From assembly GCA_018435605.1 (NCBI GenBank), contig JAHDNF010000012.1:72895-136894 (forward strand): DNA of 64,000 nucleotides. Reading direction: 5' to 3'. This document shows, piece by piece, positions 20,856 through 31,167 of this stretch. Source of the DNA: a bacterium. GTDB lineage: Bacteria > Auribacterota > Auribacteria > Auribacterales > Auribacteraceae. Below the pieces are notes generated by a model. The model was not told where the DNA came from. It ran no database searches and worked only from the letters and a program-made list of their open reading frames with translations. Every line of letters starts with the position of its first letter. Within the stretch, counting starts at the first letter, position 1. The position numbers and the translations under genes are program-made.

Positions 20856-23675
20856 ATGAACATCGCAACAGCAAAATCCGTGAGAGATTTTCGTATTTTG
20901 ACATCAGTGTTTATTATATGCATGACGGCGGTATTTTTTTTAGCGGATTATACATTGGCGCAACAGAATACAGAACAATCACAGACAGAACAGCTGGCTA
21001 TACCTTATCTTGATCTTGAACCCCAATATAGTAATGAAATATATCGAATTTTGCCGTCATATAGCGGTGAATATTTTGTCGTGCTCAACAGCGGATTGAG
21101 TATATTGGTAAAAGAACTTCCTTATACGCCTGTGGTATCTTGCAGGGCATCTATACGCGCAGGATCTATCTATGAAGAAGAATACCTCGGACATGGTATT
21201 TCCCATTATTGTGAGCATATTGTGTCGCGCGGCACAACATCGCAACGTGCAGAGGCGGAAAATATTAAAATGATAGATCAGATGGGCGGAGCGTCCAATG
21301 CGTCCACCTCTCTCGATCAAACCACATATTTTATCAACACCACCCCCGAACACTGGAAAACTGCTGTATCGTTGTGGACGTCGTTTATGGAGTCGTGCGT
21401 ATTTGATCCGAAAGAAGTCGCCCGTGAAAGAGAAGTTATTTTGCAAGAGTTCAAACTCGGACAAAACGACCCGCGCAGACAGTTATGGTATCTGTTTATG
21501 GATACCGCGTATCAGACGAACAACGCCAAGTATCCTACTATAGGTTATGAAGAATTGTTCAAGCGAATAACCAGAGAAGATTTGCTCAAATATTATCGCA
21601 AGCGTTATCAGCCTCAAAATACTGTTTTTTCTGTTGCCGGCAATATAGACGGAATTGATGTTCTTAAGGAAATCATCGATTTAACCAGATCGTTTCAACG
21701 GAAAAGCGAAAGCCAACTGCCGTTACCGAAAGAAGAAGACCAAATTATGCCCAGATGGGCGGAAAAGGTTCATCCCAGCGCACGTTTGACCAGCGTCCAG
21801 CTTGCTGTTCCGACAGTATCGTTATTTCATAACGATTTGTATGCGCTAGACGTTATGGGAATGATACTCGGTTCGGGAATGACATCTCGGTTTTATAAAT
21901 CACTCAAGGACGACAAACAACTGGTGCTGTCCGTTTCCGCAGTAAACTGGACTCCGTCTTTTGCGCGAGGTGTGTTTATGGTTAATATGAACCTCCAATA
22001 CGACAATGTCAAACCGGCCATAGATGCTATGTGGGAGGTCATAGATCAGGTAAAACTCAACGGAATAACCATTGAGGAACTTGACAGGGCAAAGCAAAAA
22101 ATAGTTACGGATCAGATATACGGCAATTTGAAGGCCGAGTCCGTTACGTCGAATCTCGCCTATGCTTTTCTTACTACAGGAGACCCTCATTTTGACGACC
22201 GTTATGTTCAGGAAATCCGTAAGGTTACTCTTGACGATATAAAACGTGTGTCTAACGCTTATCTCGATCGCAACAAACAGACGGTTGCTATTGTTAAACC
22301 ACCTTTAGCAGGTCAACAAGAACAATCCGCATTGGCGAAGGAAAGAAGTGTTACATCTGTTAAAAAAATTAAGTTATCTAACGGAATGCGTGTGTTGTTT
22401 AAATCTGTGAAAAATTATCCTCTTGTACATTTCACTATGTTTTTAAACGGCGGGCTGATATATGAAGATTCCGGTTCTAACGGTATCAGCGATTTTGTAT
22501 CCAAGATGCTTACACGCGGCACTACTACTCGTTCGAAAGACGATATCGCCAGAATTATAGAAAATATCGGAGGCCAGCTTTCATCTTCGTCCGGGAATAA
22601 TACCTGTGACGTGCGTTGCACTGTCATGACTCAAGACGTATATACTGGAGTCGAGCTGTTAGCCGACGTTGTGCTGTATCCATCATTCCCGCAGGCGGAA
22701 ATAGATAAGCTGAAAAACGATACACTGCTTGCAATTGAAAAACTTGACGAATCGTGGAGTACCGAGGTTACAAGGTTTTTTAAACAAAATTATTTCAAGG
22801 ATCATCCTTACAAATATGACAATATAGGCACTGTAGAATCTATAAACGCCCTTACACGAAACGATATAGAATCTTTTTATAAAAAAATATATGTGCCTTC
22901 AAATATGGTGCTTGCCGTTTATGGTAATTTCGATGAAACGGCAATACTCAACGAGATAAAAGCTATCTTCGAACCATTGCCTGCCGGCACGTTGCCGCCG
23001 GTTGCCATTCCTGACGAAAAAGGAGACCAGCTTAAAGAAAGCGTTAGTCTGGAAAAAATAAGCGATAAGTATTCAGCTACGATTATGGTTGGTTATCCCG
23101 GAATATCTATTGACAGCAATGACAAGTTTGCCTTTGATGTTATCGACGCCGCTATATCCGGTATCGGATATCCCAGCGGATGGTTGCAAGACAGGTTGCG
23201 GGGAGGCAATTCCAATTTGGTATACCTTGTGCATGCGTTTCCACAGTTCGGTATTTCCGCCGGATTTTTTGCGGTTTTAACGCAGACTACAGTTAATAAT
23301 TACCATAAAGTTATGGAAATAATTACAAGTAGCATTGAGGAACTCAAAGAAAAAGGTTTGAGTGATGACGAATTGAAATTGGCGAAAAATACTTGTATCA
23401 CAATGAACGATTTGTCCAGAGAAACCATTGCGTCTCAGTCATATAATGATGCGCTGTATGAAATTCTCGGGTTGGGTTATGAATATGATTTCAGGTATTC
23501 AGAACTCATAAACTCGGTAACCGCTGAGGATATATTGCGAGTCGCTAACCGGTATTTTACCAAAAATTTGACCGTTACCGTCTTTCCGGCAGGATACGAA
23601 GAACAGTTGGCCGAAAAAGATAACGAGCCTACATATATACCGTCGCAAATAAAGGACGATATACATACGCACTAA
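20856..23675 (+). CDS. M16 family (pitrilysin/PqqL-like) zinc peptidase, exported
   Basis: Signal peptide; inverted zincin motif HYCEH; NASTSLDQTTY; second M16 half lacks the zinc motif. Confidence 0.9.
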   Translation: MNIATAKSVRDFRILTSVFIICMTAVFFLADYTLAQQNTEQSQTEQLAIPYLDLEPQYSNEIYRILPSYSGEYFVVLNSGLSILVKELPYTPVVSCRASIRAGSIYEEEYLGHGISHYCEHIVSRGTTSQRAEAENIKMIDQMGGASNASTSLDQTTYFINTTPEHWKTAVSLWTSFMESCVFDPKEVAREREVILQEFKLGQNDPRRQLWYLFMDTAYQTNNAKYPTIGYEELFKRITREDLLKYYRKRYQPQNTVFSVAGNIDGIDVLKEIIDLTRSFQRKSESQLPLPKEEDQIMPRWAEKVHPSARLTSVQLAVPTVSLFHNDLYALDVMGMILGSGMTSRFYKSLKDDKQLVLSVSAVNWTPSFARGVFMVNMNLQYDNVKPAIDAMWEVIDQVKLNGITIEELDRAKQKIVTDQIYGNLKAESVTSNLAYAFLTTGDPHFDDRYVQEIRKVTLDDIKRVSNAYLDRNKQTVAIVKPPLAGQQEQSALAKERSVTSVKKIKLSNGMRVLFKSVKNYPLVHFTMFLNGGLIYEDSGSNGISDFVSKMLTRGTTTRSKDDIARIIENIGGQLSSSSGNNTCDVRCTVMTQDVYTGVELLADVVLYPSFPQAEIDKLKNDTLLAIEKLDESWSTEVTRFFKQNYFKDHPYKYDNIGTVESINALTRNDIESFYKKIYVPSNMVLAVYGNFDETAILNEIKAIFEPLPAGTLPPVAIPDEKGDQLKESVSLEKISDKYSATIMVGYPGISIDSNDKFAFDVIDAAISGIGYPSGWLQDRLRGGNSNLVYLVHAFPQFGISAGFFAVLTQTTVNNYHKVMEIITSSIEELKEKGLSDDELKLAKNTCITMNDLSRETIASQSYNDALYEILGLGYEYDFRYSELINSVTAEDILRVANRYFTKNLTVTVFPAGYEEQLAEKDNEPTYIPSQIKDDIHTH

Positions 23676-23690
23676 TAATCGGAAGCATAT

Positions 23691-24560
23691 ATGGATTACA
23701 CATCAAAGATCATTATTCTATTTATAAGCATAACAATAGGTTGCTTAAGCGGTGAACTTTTGGCGTTCGATAATAATGAAATAGGCTCAATGTCTGAGCA
23801 AACTTTTTTGATATTGGAAAAATCGCTGAAAGATTATCTTGATAATCAATCATCCGATCAGGATACGGGAAACCACAGGTCGGCTGTTGAAGCTCTTATA
23901 AGCGCATATAAAATGTATATAGATAAAAATCCCGAAAACATTTATGCGCGCAGACAGCTAATAGATATGTATATCCTTATACATCAATACGATGAAGCTC
24001 TCGAAGAATGGAGCGAAATCATCAGCCGTGAACCGGATAACGATTCATTGCTTAATGATTGCGGTATTTTTTATTCCGATCATGTGTACAGGCCGCTGGA
24101 GGCGGCGATGTTTTTTAAAAAAGCCATTTCGATTAATCCGCATGTCGCCGATTATCATGCTAATCTGGGTTTGATCTACTTTGTAGGAAGACATGTTATA
24201 GCCGAGCAATCCGGATGGACATTACCGGAAACCTTTTCACAGATTTTAAAAGAATATGATACGGCAAGACGTCTTGATCCGAAAAACTATCTGCATGCGC
24301 GGGATTATGCGCAGAACTTTGTTATGGCAGATACCTTCGGTGTCAGTTTCGACCCCAAGCAGGCTATACAGGCATGGAAAGATTGTCTATCGTGCGATAT
24401 GACGCCCCGTCAGTTTGTGTATGTGTATATCCAAATTGCCCGCCTGTCTATGCTGATAGAAGACAAAGATCAGGCTAAAATCTGTTTGCAAAAAGCTCTC
24501 GAATATGATACCAATAACGAAACGGCCAGGCAACTTCTCAATCAGTTATATTCTAATTGA
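23691..24560 (+). CDS. Exported TPR-repeat protein
   Basis: Signal peptide; TPR-like repeats (FKKAISINPHVADYHANLG; LQKALEYDTNN). Confidence 0.75.
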   Translation: MDYTSKIIILFISITIGCLSGELLAFDNNEIGSMSEQTFLILEKSLKDYLDNQSSDQDTGNHRSAVEALISAYKMYIDKNPENIYARRQLIDMYILIHQYDEALEEWSEIISREPDNDSLLNDCGIFYSDHVYRPLEAAMFFKKAISINPHVADYHANLGLIYFVGRHVIAEQSGWTLPETFSQILKEYDTARRLDPKNYLHARDYAQNFVMADTFGVSFDPKQAIQAWKDCLSCDMTPRQFVYVYIQIARLSMLIEDKDQAKICLQKALEYDTNNETARQLLNQLYSN

Positions 24561-24618
24561 TTGATGCGAAGCGCATTATATCGGTTTTAATTACTGCATT
24601 AAGCGAAATGAAAAAATC

Positions 24619-25029
24619 ATGACTTTATCTTATATAGTTGATTTACAAAATATTTTCGATTATTTCAACCCCATATTTTTCAATAACGCGCTCCATTGTT
24701 CCATAAGATGGGGAAAGCGGTATAACAAACTTCGCAGGCGCATTATACGGTTAGGCAGTTTCAATACGAAAACAAATACCATACGGATTAATCCTGCGCT
24801 GAATTCGGATGAGATTCCTTCGTATGTAATCCGCTATGTTGTATACCACGAGATGGCGCATGCGTGGTGTCTGAATATTGATCCCGATATGCGGTTTCAT
24901 AACGGTGAATTCAAACAAAAAGAACGCTTATTTCCTGAATTTGATCAGGCTCGAAAATGGCTAGACGAGAACAAAACTGTTTTTTTTGCTAAGCAGTCGG
25001 GATGCCGAGTATGGCCGTTGTTTCGGTAA
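24619..25029 (+). CDS. SprT-like / YgjP(M48)-like metallopeptidase domain protein
   Basis: IRWG...RLGSF...IRINPAL...YVVYHEMAH...FH..EF motif series. Confidence 0.75.
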   Translation: MTLSYIVDLQNIFDYFNPIFFNNALHCSIRWGKRYNKLRRRIIRLGSFNTKTNTIRINPALNSDEIPSYVIRYVVYHEMAHAWCLNIDPDMRFHNGEFKQKERLFPEFDQARKWLDENKTVFFAKQSGCRVWPLFR

Positions 25030-25808
25030 GCCGCCGATGTGACGTACCGGCTTATCAGGCAGATCAGTTTATGCAAAATATCCGCAGTGGAGGTGTGTAC
25101 GTCGAACATCCTTATAGCCGGCAGGTAAATTATGTGTCTCTGCATCCGGATGATGTAACCGCACTGGTATTCTGGTCAAAAAATTATGCGCCTCTCGAAC
25201 GCCATTTTGAGGAACTGCGGCGCTCATATCATTGTATCTTTCATTATACTATAACAGGGTTGCCCCGTAGTGTCGAACCTGATATTCCGCCTTACCAAGA
25301 TTCGATAGATAGATTTATATCGATAGCGAAGTCGTTTTCTCCTGATCATTCGATATGGCGGTATGATCCCGTTATTTTTTGCGATGAATTCGATGAGGAG
25401 TATCATATACAGATATTTGAGCGGATTGCCCGGCAACTGGCCGGATACACCTTTCGGTGTTATACCAGCTTTGTGCAAAGATATAGCAAAAACGACAAGC
25501 GAATGATGCCAATATATGACAGATGTATATCCGATCCTCAACGGCAAATACGGCTTGCTCAAATGTTGGCCGATATTGCCGCGTCATACGCTATAGGTAT
25601 TTATGCCTGCTGTTGTCCGGTTATGTTGTCAGCAGGAATACCGCAAGCGCATTGCATAGACAAGAAACAGATTGAAACAGTAACTGGCTACGATGTATCA
25701 TATCTTAAACCGAAACCGAGCCGAAAAGGATGCGGATGCTATGCCAGCATAGATATAGGTACATACGGCGTTTGTAAAGGCGGCTGTTTGTATTGTTATG
25801 CCCGCTGA
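25011..25808 (+). CDS. DUF1848 family protein (Fe-S, spore photoproduct lyase-like fold)
   Basis: N-terminal VSVSRRCDVPAY, VFWSKN, WRYDP, C-terminal CGCYASIDIGTYGVCKGGCLYCYA. Start placed at the second ATG (25011; ORF track gives 25002). Confidence 0.8.
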   Translation: MAVVSVSRRCDVPAYQADQFMQNIRSGGVYVEHPYSRQVNYVSLHPDDVTALVFWSKNYAPLERHFEELRRSYHCIFHYTITGLPRSVEPDIPPYQDSIDRFISIAKSFSPDHSIWRYDPVIFCDEFDEEYHIQIFERIARQLAGYTFRCYTSFVQRYSKNDKRMMPIYDRCISDPQRQIRLAQMLADIAASYAIGIYACCCPVMLSAGIPQAHCIDKKQIETVTGYDVSYLKPKPSRKGCGCYASIDIGTYGVCKGGCLYCYAR

Positions 25809-25829
25809 TTTCTTGATACAGGATACCTG

Positions 25830-26909
25830 ATGGCACAAAAAACTTATGTAATACCTATTTTTATACCTCACAGCGGATGCCCGTTTCAATGTATCTTCTG
25901 CGATCAGAAACAGATATCCGGAACTAGCCGGATGCCGGATATTGATGAGGTTAAGTGTACTGCAGACGAATACTTAACCACTATTCCGTCAACAGCCCGA
26001 AATGTAATGCTGGCATTCTACGGCGGAAATTTTACAGGGTTGCCTGAAAAAATACAATATGACTTATTGCAATCTGTAAACCCTTATATGGAATCCAAAC
26101 GGATATCAGCGATTCGTGTTTCTACCCGTCCCGATTGTATAGACTGCAATAATTTGTTGCTTTTGAGGAAATGGGGAGTTACGGAAATAGAACTAGGAAT
26201 TCAATCTTTTGATGATACAGTACTTACTGAATCCCGACGCGGATACTGCTCGCAGACCGCTATCAAAGCATCTATAATGATACGGAATTACGGGTTTACG
26301 CTTGGGCATCAGTTTATGATCGGGCTACCGGGCGACGATTGGGGGGCGCTTGTTAAAACTGCGCAGATATCTGCACGGCTTAAACCGGATATGATACGTA
26401 TATACCCGACGTTGGTCATCCGCGATACCGCTCTTGCGGATTTGAAGAATTTTCAACCGCTTGATTTTAAAGAGGCATGCAGGCGGTCGGCATTTTTAAT
26501 CGATTTTTTCGAGCTGATTTGCGTGCGTATCCTTCGGGTTGGGCTACATCCTCCGCAGGATGAATCGAGTATTGTCGCAGGCCCATTTCATCCGGCGTTC
26601 AGGTATATGGTGTATTCTTATATATGGCGTGATTTTTTTATGTCGAATTTTTCTAAAGATTTTTTATACGATATTATAGATGTAACTACATCATGCGAAG
26701 ATTTTTCTTACGTTGTCGGCTATAAAGCGCAAAACAAACAGCTTTTCAATCAGTCATGTAAGATACGCCCCGCATCATGGCTTGTTGCCGGGCATATTAT
26801 ATTAAGAACATCTTCAGGAACGTCGTTGACGACGAATAGATATATATATCGCGCAGACAAATGCAGGCAGTTGACAGCCCGATATACTTCTTCGGGAGAC
26901 GTTGACTGA
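25830..26909 (+). CDS. Radical SAM protein (Elp3/HemN-like clade)
   Basis: IFIPHSGCPFQCIFCDQ (CxxxCxxC), FYGGNF, STRPD, ELGIQS, QFMIGLPG, RIYPTLV. Confidence 0.88.
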   Translation: MAQKTYVIPIFIPHSGCPFQCIFCDQKQISGTSRMPDIDEVKCTADEYLTTIPSTARNVMLAFYGGNFTGLPEKIQYDLLQSVNPYMESKRISAIRVSTRPDCIDCNNLLLLRKWGVTEIELGIQSFDDTVLTESRRGYCSQTAIKASIMIRNYGFTLGHQFMIGLPGDDWGALVKTAQISARLKPDMIRIYPTLVIRDTALADLKNFQPLDFKEACRRSAFLIDFFELICVRILRVGLHPPQDESSIVAGPFHPAFRYMVYSYIWRDFFMSNFSKDFLYDIIDVTTSCEDFSYVVGYKAQNKQLFNQSCKIRPASWLVAGHIILRTSSGTSLTTNRYIYRADKCRQLTARYTSSGDVD

Positions 26910-27628
26910 TGAGGCGGGGCATCGTGATTGTCAATCCAGACCTGCCTCAAAACATTCGCTCGCATCTGACTGCGATCGGTTGGGATACGGTTGCCGTAAT
27001 GCATTGCCGGTCTGTGCTTGAGCCGATTGCCGGTCATCCTGATTTACAAATATGTTGCATGGATGAAGATGTAGTGGTGCATCCCCATGTACAGGATTCA
27101 CTGTTACAAGTTATAGAAGATAACGGGTATCGGGTAATTACCGGAGATTCGCATCTCAGTCCGGAATATCCGGCTGATGTGCCGTATAACGCTGTTCTTA
27201 TAAAGAATCATTTTTTTCATAATATTGCCCATACCGATCCTATGCTACGCAGGCGGGCGCAAAATCTTGGCGCAACTTTTGTTCATGTCAATCAGGGATA
27301 TACGAGATGCTCGGTATTGCAGGTTTCCGACGATGCATTGATTACCGCTGATAAAGGCATAGCGCGACAGGCGGAAAAACACGGGTTGCAGGCGCTGTGC
27401 ATCAGACAGGGGCATGTGATATTGCCTTCAATGAATACCGGATTCTTTGGCGGTACCGGCGGCTGGGACGGTGCGGATTCGGTTTTTTTATGCGGTATGA
27501 TAGATAATCATCCGGACGCATCCGATATAACAAAATTTATCAGCGATTGTCATAAACAGCTTATATGTCTGGGACAAGACCAACTTACCGATTATGGTTC
27601 TTTGCTGTTTCTTCCGCTTCGCAGATAG
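26909..27628 (+). CDS. DUF6873 family protein (GME/amidinotransferase-like fold)
   Basis: GHPDLQ, YPADVPYN, VNQGYTRCS, ITADKGI, GFFGGTGG, DYGSLL. TGATG overlap with the upstream gene. Confidence 0.65.
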   Translation: MRRGIVIVNPDLPQNIRSHLTAIGWDTVAVMHCRSVLEPIAGHPDLQICCMDEDVVVHPHVQDSLLQVIEDNGYRVITGDSHLSPEYPADVPYNAVLIKNHFFHNIAHTDPMLRRRAQNLGATFVHVNQGYTRCSVLQVSDDALITADKGIARQAEKHGLQALCIRQGHVILPSMNTGFFGGTGGWDGADSVFLCGMIDNHPDASDITKFISDCHKQLICLGQDQLTDYGSLLFLPLRR

Positions 27629-27630
27629 GG

Positions 27631-29679
27631 TTACAGAATACGGTATATCCTGAAACGCGCATTGTTATAAACCAGTTTAAACTTGGTAAGTTGTTGCGGA
27701 TTGAAACTGAATTTGGTGCGCATTATGTTTGCCCCGTTTGGTGTAGGTTGTTCGGAACGGGTGCGTCTGTCGTACATATAATACAGACCGTAAGGGTATT
27801 CAGCGTAGAGAGCGTATAATTGGGTGCGCGAGGCATCCGCATCGACTACAAAATATTCCATACCATATTTTTTGCAGAAATCATAAAAAACAGTTTCGTC
27901 ATCTTGTAGCAGTAAACGGCTCATCTCTACAAGGCGTTCATGAACCAGAGGGCTTTCCAGTAATCCGTCAAGATATGTAGGGCAATGCGCGTACCGCTGT
28001 ATGGCGTATCCGTAACTCCAGTAACATAGGGTAGGCAGGCGGTCGGAGTTGATTTTCTCGAATTCAAGTAATGTTTCCTGTAGGTACGGACGCATTGCGA
28101 CTCTTACTACAGTAACGTATGTGCCACCCTGCCATGCTGAACCTATAATAATCACCGAGGTTAATATAAGGCAGGCCGATATTCCTAGTTTGTGCCACGA
28201 AAACCGGTTGATAAAATTTATTGTCCGGTTGACTGAAATTGCTCCGGCTATGGCAACAAAAATAGATAGCAATACTTTGTTTCGGTAAAATAGGAGTGTC
28301 AGTATGAATATCGTAAAGAAAAAAACGCCCAGTATTATCTCGCCGGTCGGCATTTTTTCCCGTTTTGCACGGAAAAAGATCAGGGAAATAGGATAGAGAA
28401 AAATAAAAATAGCTCCCCATGAACACATATCCCATTTAAACATATCCCAAAATTTTGTTGAGGATAATTCCGCCGTGTTGAGAAATAAAATGTTTTCTAT
28501 GCCGGTAACAGCGAATTTCTTAAATATAAACGCTATCTTGAACATTAAAATTTTTACGAACGACTCATAACCGGACGACAGTTGAAACAATGGTATAATA
28601 AGGATCATAGCAAGAGGAATCAGTAATGTCGCAGGGTCGACTTTTACGGTATGCGTGTCGGTCTTTTTCCACCATTTTGTCAATGCGGCTACGATGCCTA
28701 ATCCTATTACAAGCAGGGAGTTGTGCGCAAAAATATAATTCTGTGAAAAAAGAAATCTAAAAAGCAGAGCGCACAAGGTGACGCCGATAGCCTGAATCAT
28801 AAATGCGCCGAGAAATTTCCAGTCTGTTCGTTTAAGGAATAACAACAGGAAAAAAGCGAAGCAGTACAGCGTCGGAAACAATAAAGATACTCGCCAAGTA
28901 CCTACAGACAGAAACATAAAAAACGCGGAGCTTATGCTGTATATATAAAAGTGTTTTTTAGATCGCGTCTGAAGCGCTTTGATGAACAAGGTAAGATTTA
29001 TCAGCAAAAACAGCACTCCCGGCCCTTCGTATCGGTATCGCGTGCAGAATGTGCGCACTAAATGGCCGGGCATGACCGCGGCCAGCGCCGCGCCGATAAA
29101 TGCGATATAATCTTTTTTCTCCACGACTTTAACAAGGAAATATACCGCTACCATGGTTAGCGAACACAAGATGGCGTAAAAAAGAACGATCGAATCCTGT
29201 ACCGATCCTGACGAAAAATGTTTATATATCAGAAAAAAACCTGCGCCGAGATAGTATAGAATAATAGGAAGCAGATCAAGCACCGGTTTTCCATCTGGAT
29301 ACCACGCCAGATTGTCTACCGGTGCGATACGTCCGTTTTGCAGAATTTCTTCGGTCATTCTCAGATGAAAACCGTAGTCATAATCGAGCAGGTAAAAATC
29401 CTGTTTGAAAGACGGATACATTCGAAAATAGAACCCGTAGATGAATAACGCTATCATACCTAAGGAAATAAGCGAATATTTCAACCATCTTGGAAACGCT
29501 ATAGCTTTTATTGAGGCTGGATGAGTCGTTGGTTTTGCATGATGTTTATCGGCGTCTATGACCGATTGAACATCTGTTTGCGAAATATTAAGGTGTTTGG
29601 CAAGTTCCTGAACTGTTTTTTCGGTGTAATTGTCTATAATGTATTTTTGCTGGCGATGGCTGACTTTTCGGGATGTCAT
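27631..29679 (-). CDS. STT3/AglB/PglB-like GT-C membrane glycosyltransferase (oligosaccharyltransferase-like)
   Basis: LLDYDYGFHLR, D.LAWYPDG, R-T-x(5)-Y-E loop, ~13 TM helices, AELS, soluble C-domain with CYWSYGYAI at the WWDYG position. Short HTH-like N-terminus. Confidence 0.68.
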   Translation of the reverse strand: MTSRKVSHRQQKYIIDNYTEKTVQELAKHLNISQTDVQSVIDADKHHAKPTTHPASIKAIAFPRWLKYSLISLGMIALFIYGFYFRMYPSFKQDFYLLDYDYGFHLRMTEEILQNGRIAPVDNLAWYPDGKPVLDLLPIILYYLGAGFFLIYKHFSSGSVQDSIVLFYAILCSLTMVAVYFLVKVVEKKDYIAFIGAALAAVMPGHLVRTFCTRYRYEGPGVLFLLINLTLFIKALQTRSKKHFYIYSISSAFFMFLSVGTWRVSLLFPTLYCFAFFLLLFLKRTDWKFLGAFMIQAIGVTLCALLFRFLFSQNYIFAHNSLLVIGLGIVAALTKWWKKTDTHTVKVDPATLLIPLAMILIIPLFQLSSGYESFVKILMFKIAFIFKKFAVTGIENILFLNTAELSSTKFWDMFKWDMCSWGAIFIFLYPISLIFFRAKREKMPTGEIILGVFFFTIFILTLLFYRNKVLLSIFVAIAGAISVNRTINFINRFSWHKLGISACLILTSVIIIGSAWQGGTYVTVVRVAMRPYLQETLLEFEKINSDRLPTLCYWSYGYAIQRYAHCPTYLDGLLESPLVHERLVEMSRLLLQDDETVFYDFCKKYGMEYFVVDADASRTQLYALYAEYPYGLYYMYDRRTRSEQPTPNGANIMRTKFSFNPQQLTKFKLVYNNARFRIYRIL

Positions 29680-29844
29680 TAGAAAACCTTTTCGTAGATA
29701 TTTTACGGCTTTTCGATATCTGCGTTATTATTGTATGATATACACAGGGCGGCTATATTTTCAAGTGCGATTATGAATTTTTTTGAAATATAAGCGGGAA
29801 AAACGTATAATGTATTGATCTTTCAAGTATAAGGAGCTGTACAA

Positions 29845-30945
29845 ATGCCTTTTACGGCGAGAAAAATGTTTATCTATTTTATCATCATCATCGTATATGG
29901 ATTCCTCCCGCTCAATCATGGGACGGCGCAGAATCAGAAAAAGTTTGCCGGTGCGCCACAGTCGTTGGAAATCGATAATACTTTGCAAGGCAAACCGGTT
30001 ATATTTATAAAAGAGCGGAATTGGGATTTCGGAACGATCACCGAAGGCGATATTGTCGAACATTCCTTTACGCTGGAAAATAACGGCACTGCAGATCTTA
30101 TTATAAGCCAGATACGCACATCATGCGGGTGCGCGGCGGCATTGTTATCTAAAGAAATACTAGCTCCTTCAGAAAATACTACTCTGACTATTTCTTTTGA
30201 TTCTAAAGGCAGGTCGGGTCTGCAACGTAAAGAGATATTCATTAAAAGCAACGATCCGGATAATGTTTTCACAACCATTGTGATACTAGCTAATGTTTTA
30301 TTGCACCCGTCGCCGCGAATATTTTATGGGTCTGATATTCTTGATATTGGTGCGGTTCAGATAGGATCGGCGCCTGAATTGTTCTTAGAGTTGAAAAATA
30401 TCGGTTCGCAGGCGTTATCCGTATATAATATTCAACATGGGTCGCTGTGCAACGCTAAACTTTTGTCGGATAATGCAATCCAACCCAAAGGATCGTCATT
30501 GCTTGAAATAAAGTTTAGCCCTATTCACAACGGTGGCCTTATAGAACAGTTTGTCAGTTTTTCGACCAACGACCCGTCCGCACAGATAGTAAATATCTCT
30601 ATTGTCGGTTATGTTTACGGCTATAACTCTCCGGCTATGACCGTGGTTCCTTCCTCATGGGATTTCGGGGTTTTCGATACTTCGAAACAAGATATGCTAA
30701 GCCGGACATTCCGCATTTTCAATACCGGTACCGATCAATTGGAAATAACCGGAGTTGCTCTGCCGTGTGATTTAACTACATCGGTATCACTGCCGGTAAC
30801 AATAGATCCGGATGAATCGCTGGAAATAACGGTTTGGTTCGAGTCGTTCTCCCAAAAAGGCACTGCAAAGGATAACATTATTATATATTCCAATGATCCT
30901 GCGCGCCCGACTCGAAAAATAACAGTCTGCGGTTATCTAAAATGA
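29845..30945 (+). CDS. Exported protein with three DUF1573-like Ig domains
   Basis: Three repeats of (W)DFG...F.I.N.G...L.I...; TSCGCA motif in the first repeat; signal peptide. Confidence 0.8.
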   Translation: MPFTARKMFIYFIIIIVYGFLPLNHGTAQNQKKFAGAPQSLEIDNTLQGKPVIFIKERNWDFGTITEGDIVEHSFTLENNGTADLIISQIRTSCGCAAALLSKEILAPSENTTLTISFDSKGRSGLQRKEIFIKSNDPDNVFTTIVILANVLLHPSPRIFYGSDILDIGAVQIGSAPELFLELKNIGSQALSVYNIQHGSLCNAKLLSDNAIQPKGSSLLEIKFSPIHNGGLIEQFVSFSTNDPSAQIVNISIVGYVYGYNSPAMTVVPSSWDFGVFDTSKQDMLSRTFRIFNTGTDQLEITGVALPCDLTTSVSLPVTIDPDESLEITVWFESFSQKGTAKDNIIIYSNDPARPTRKITVCGYLK

Positions 30946-31167
30946 TCTTTAGGCCGATTCTTGCCTTTTTTGCTTTTCAATATCGTTTGTTTGTAGTAAC
31001 GTAATTCTGGCAGAGAAGGAATCTCTGATACATTAAAAATTGTTATTGCGAAGTGGCGATAAATATTGATTCATCGTTTATAGATGAACTTTATTTCGTT
31101 AGCTCGCATGGCAAAGAAGTTAAAATTATTTCTCATAGTATTCGTAATTTTATTCGAGGGTTATACT

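Noticed and set aside
30946-31167. Riboswitch upstream of the SSS transporter
   Set aside because: Only a 6-bp hairpin (cagaga/tctctg) is visible, with no consensus of a riboswitch class I recognise. An Rfam scan would be decisive.
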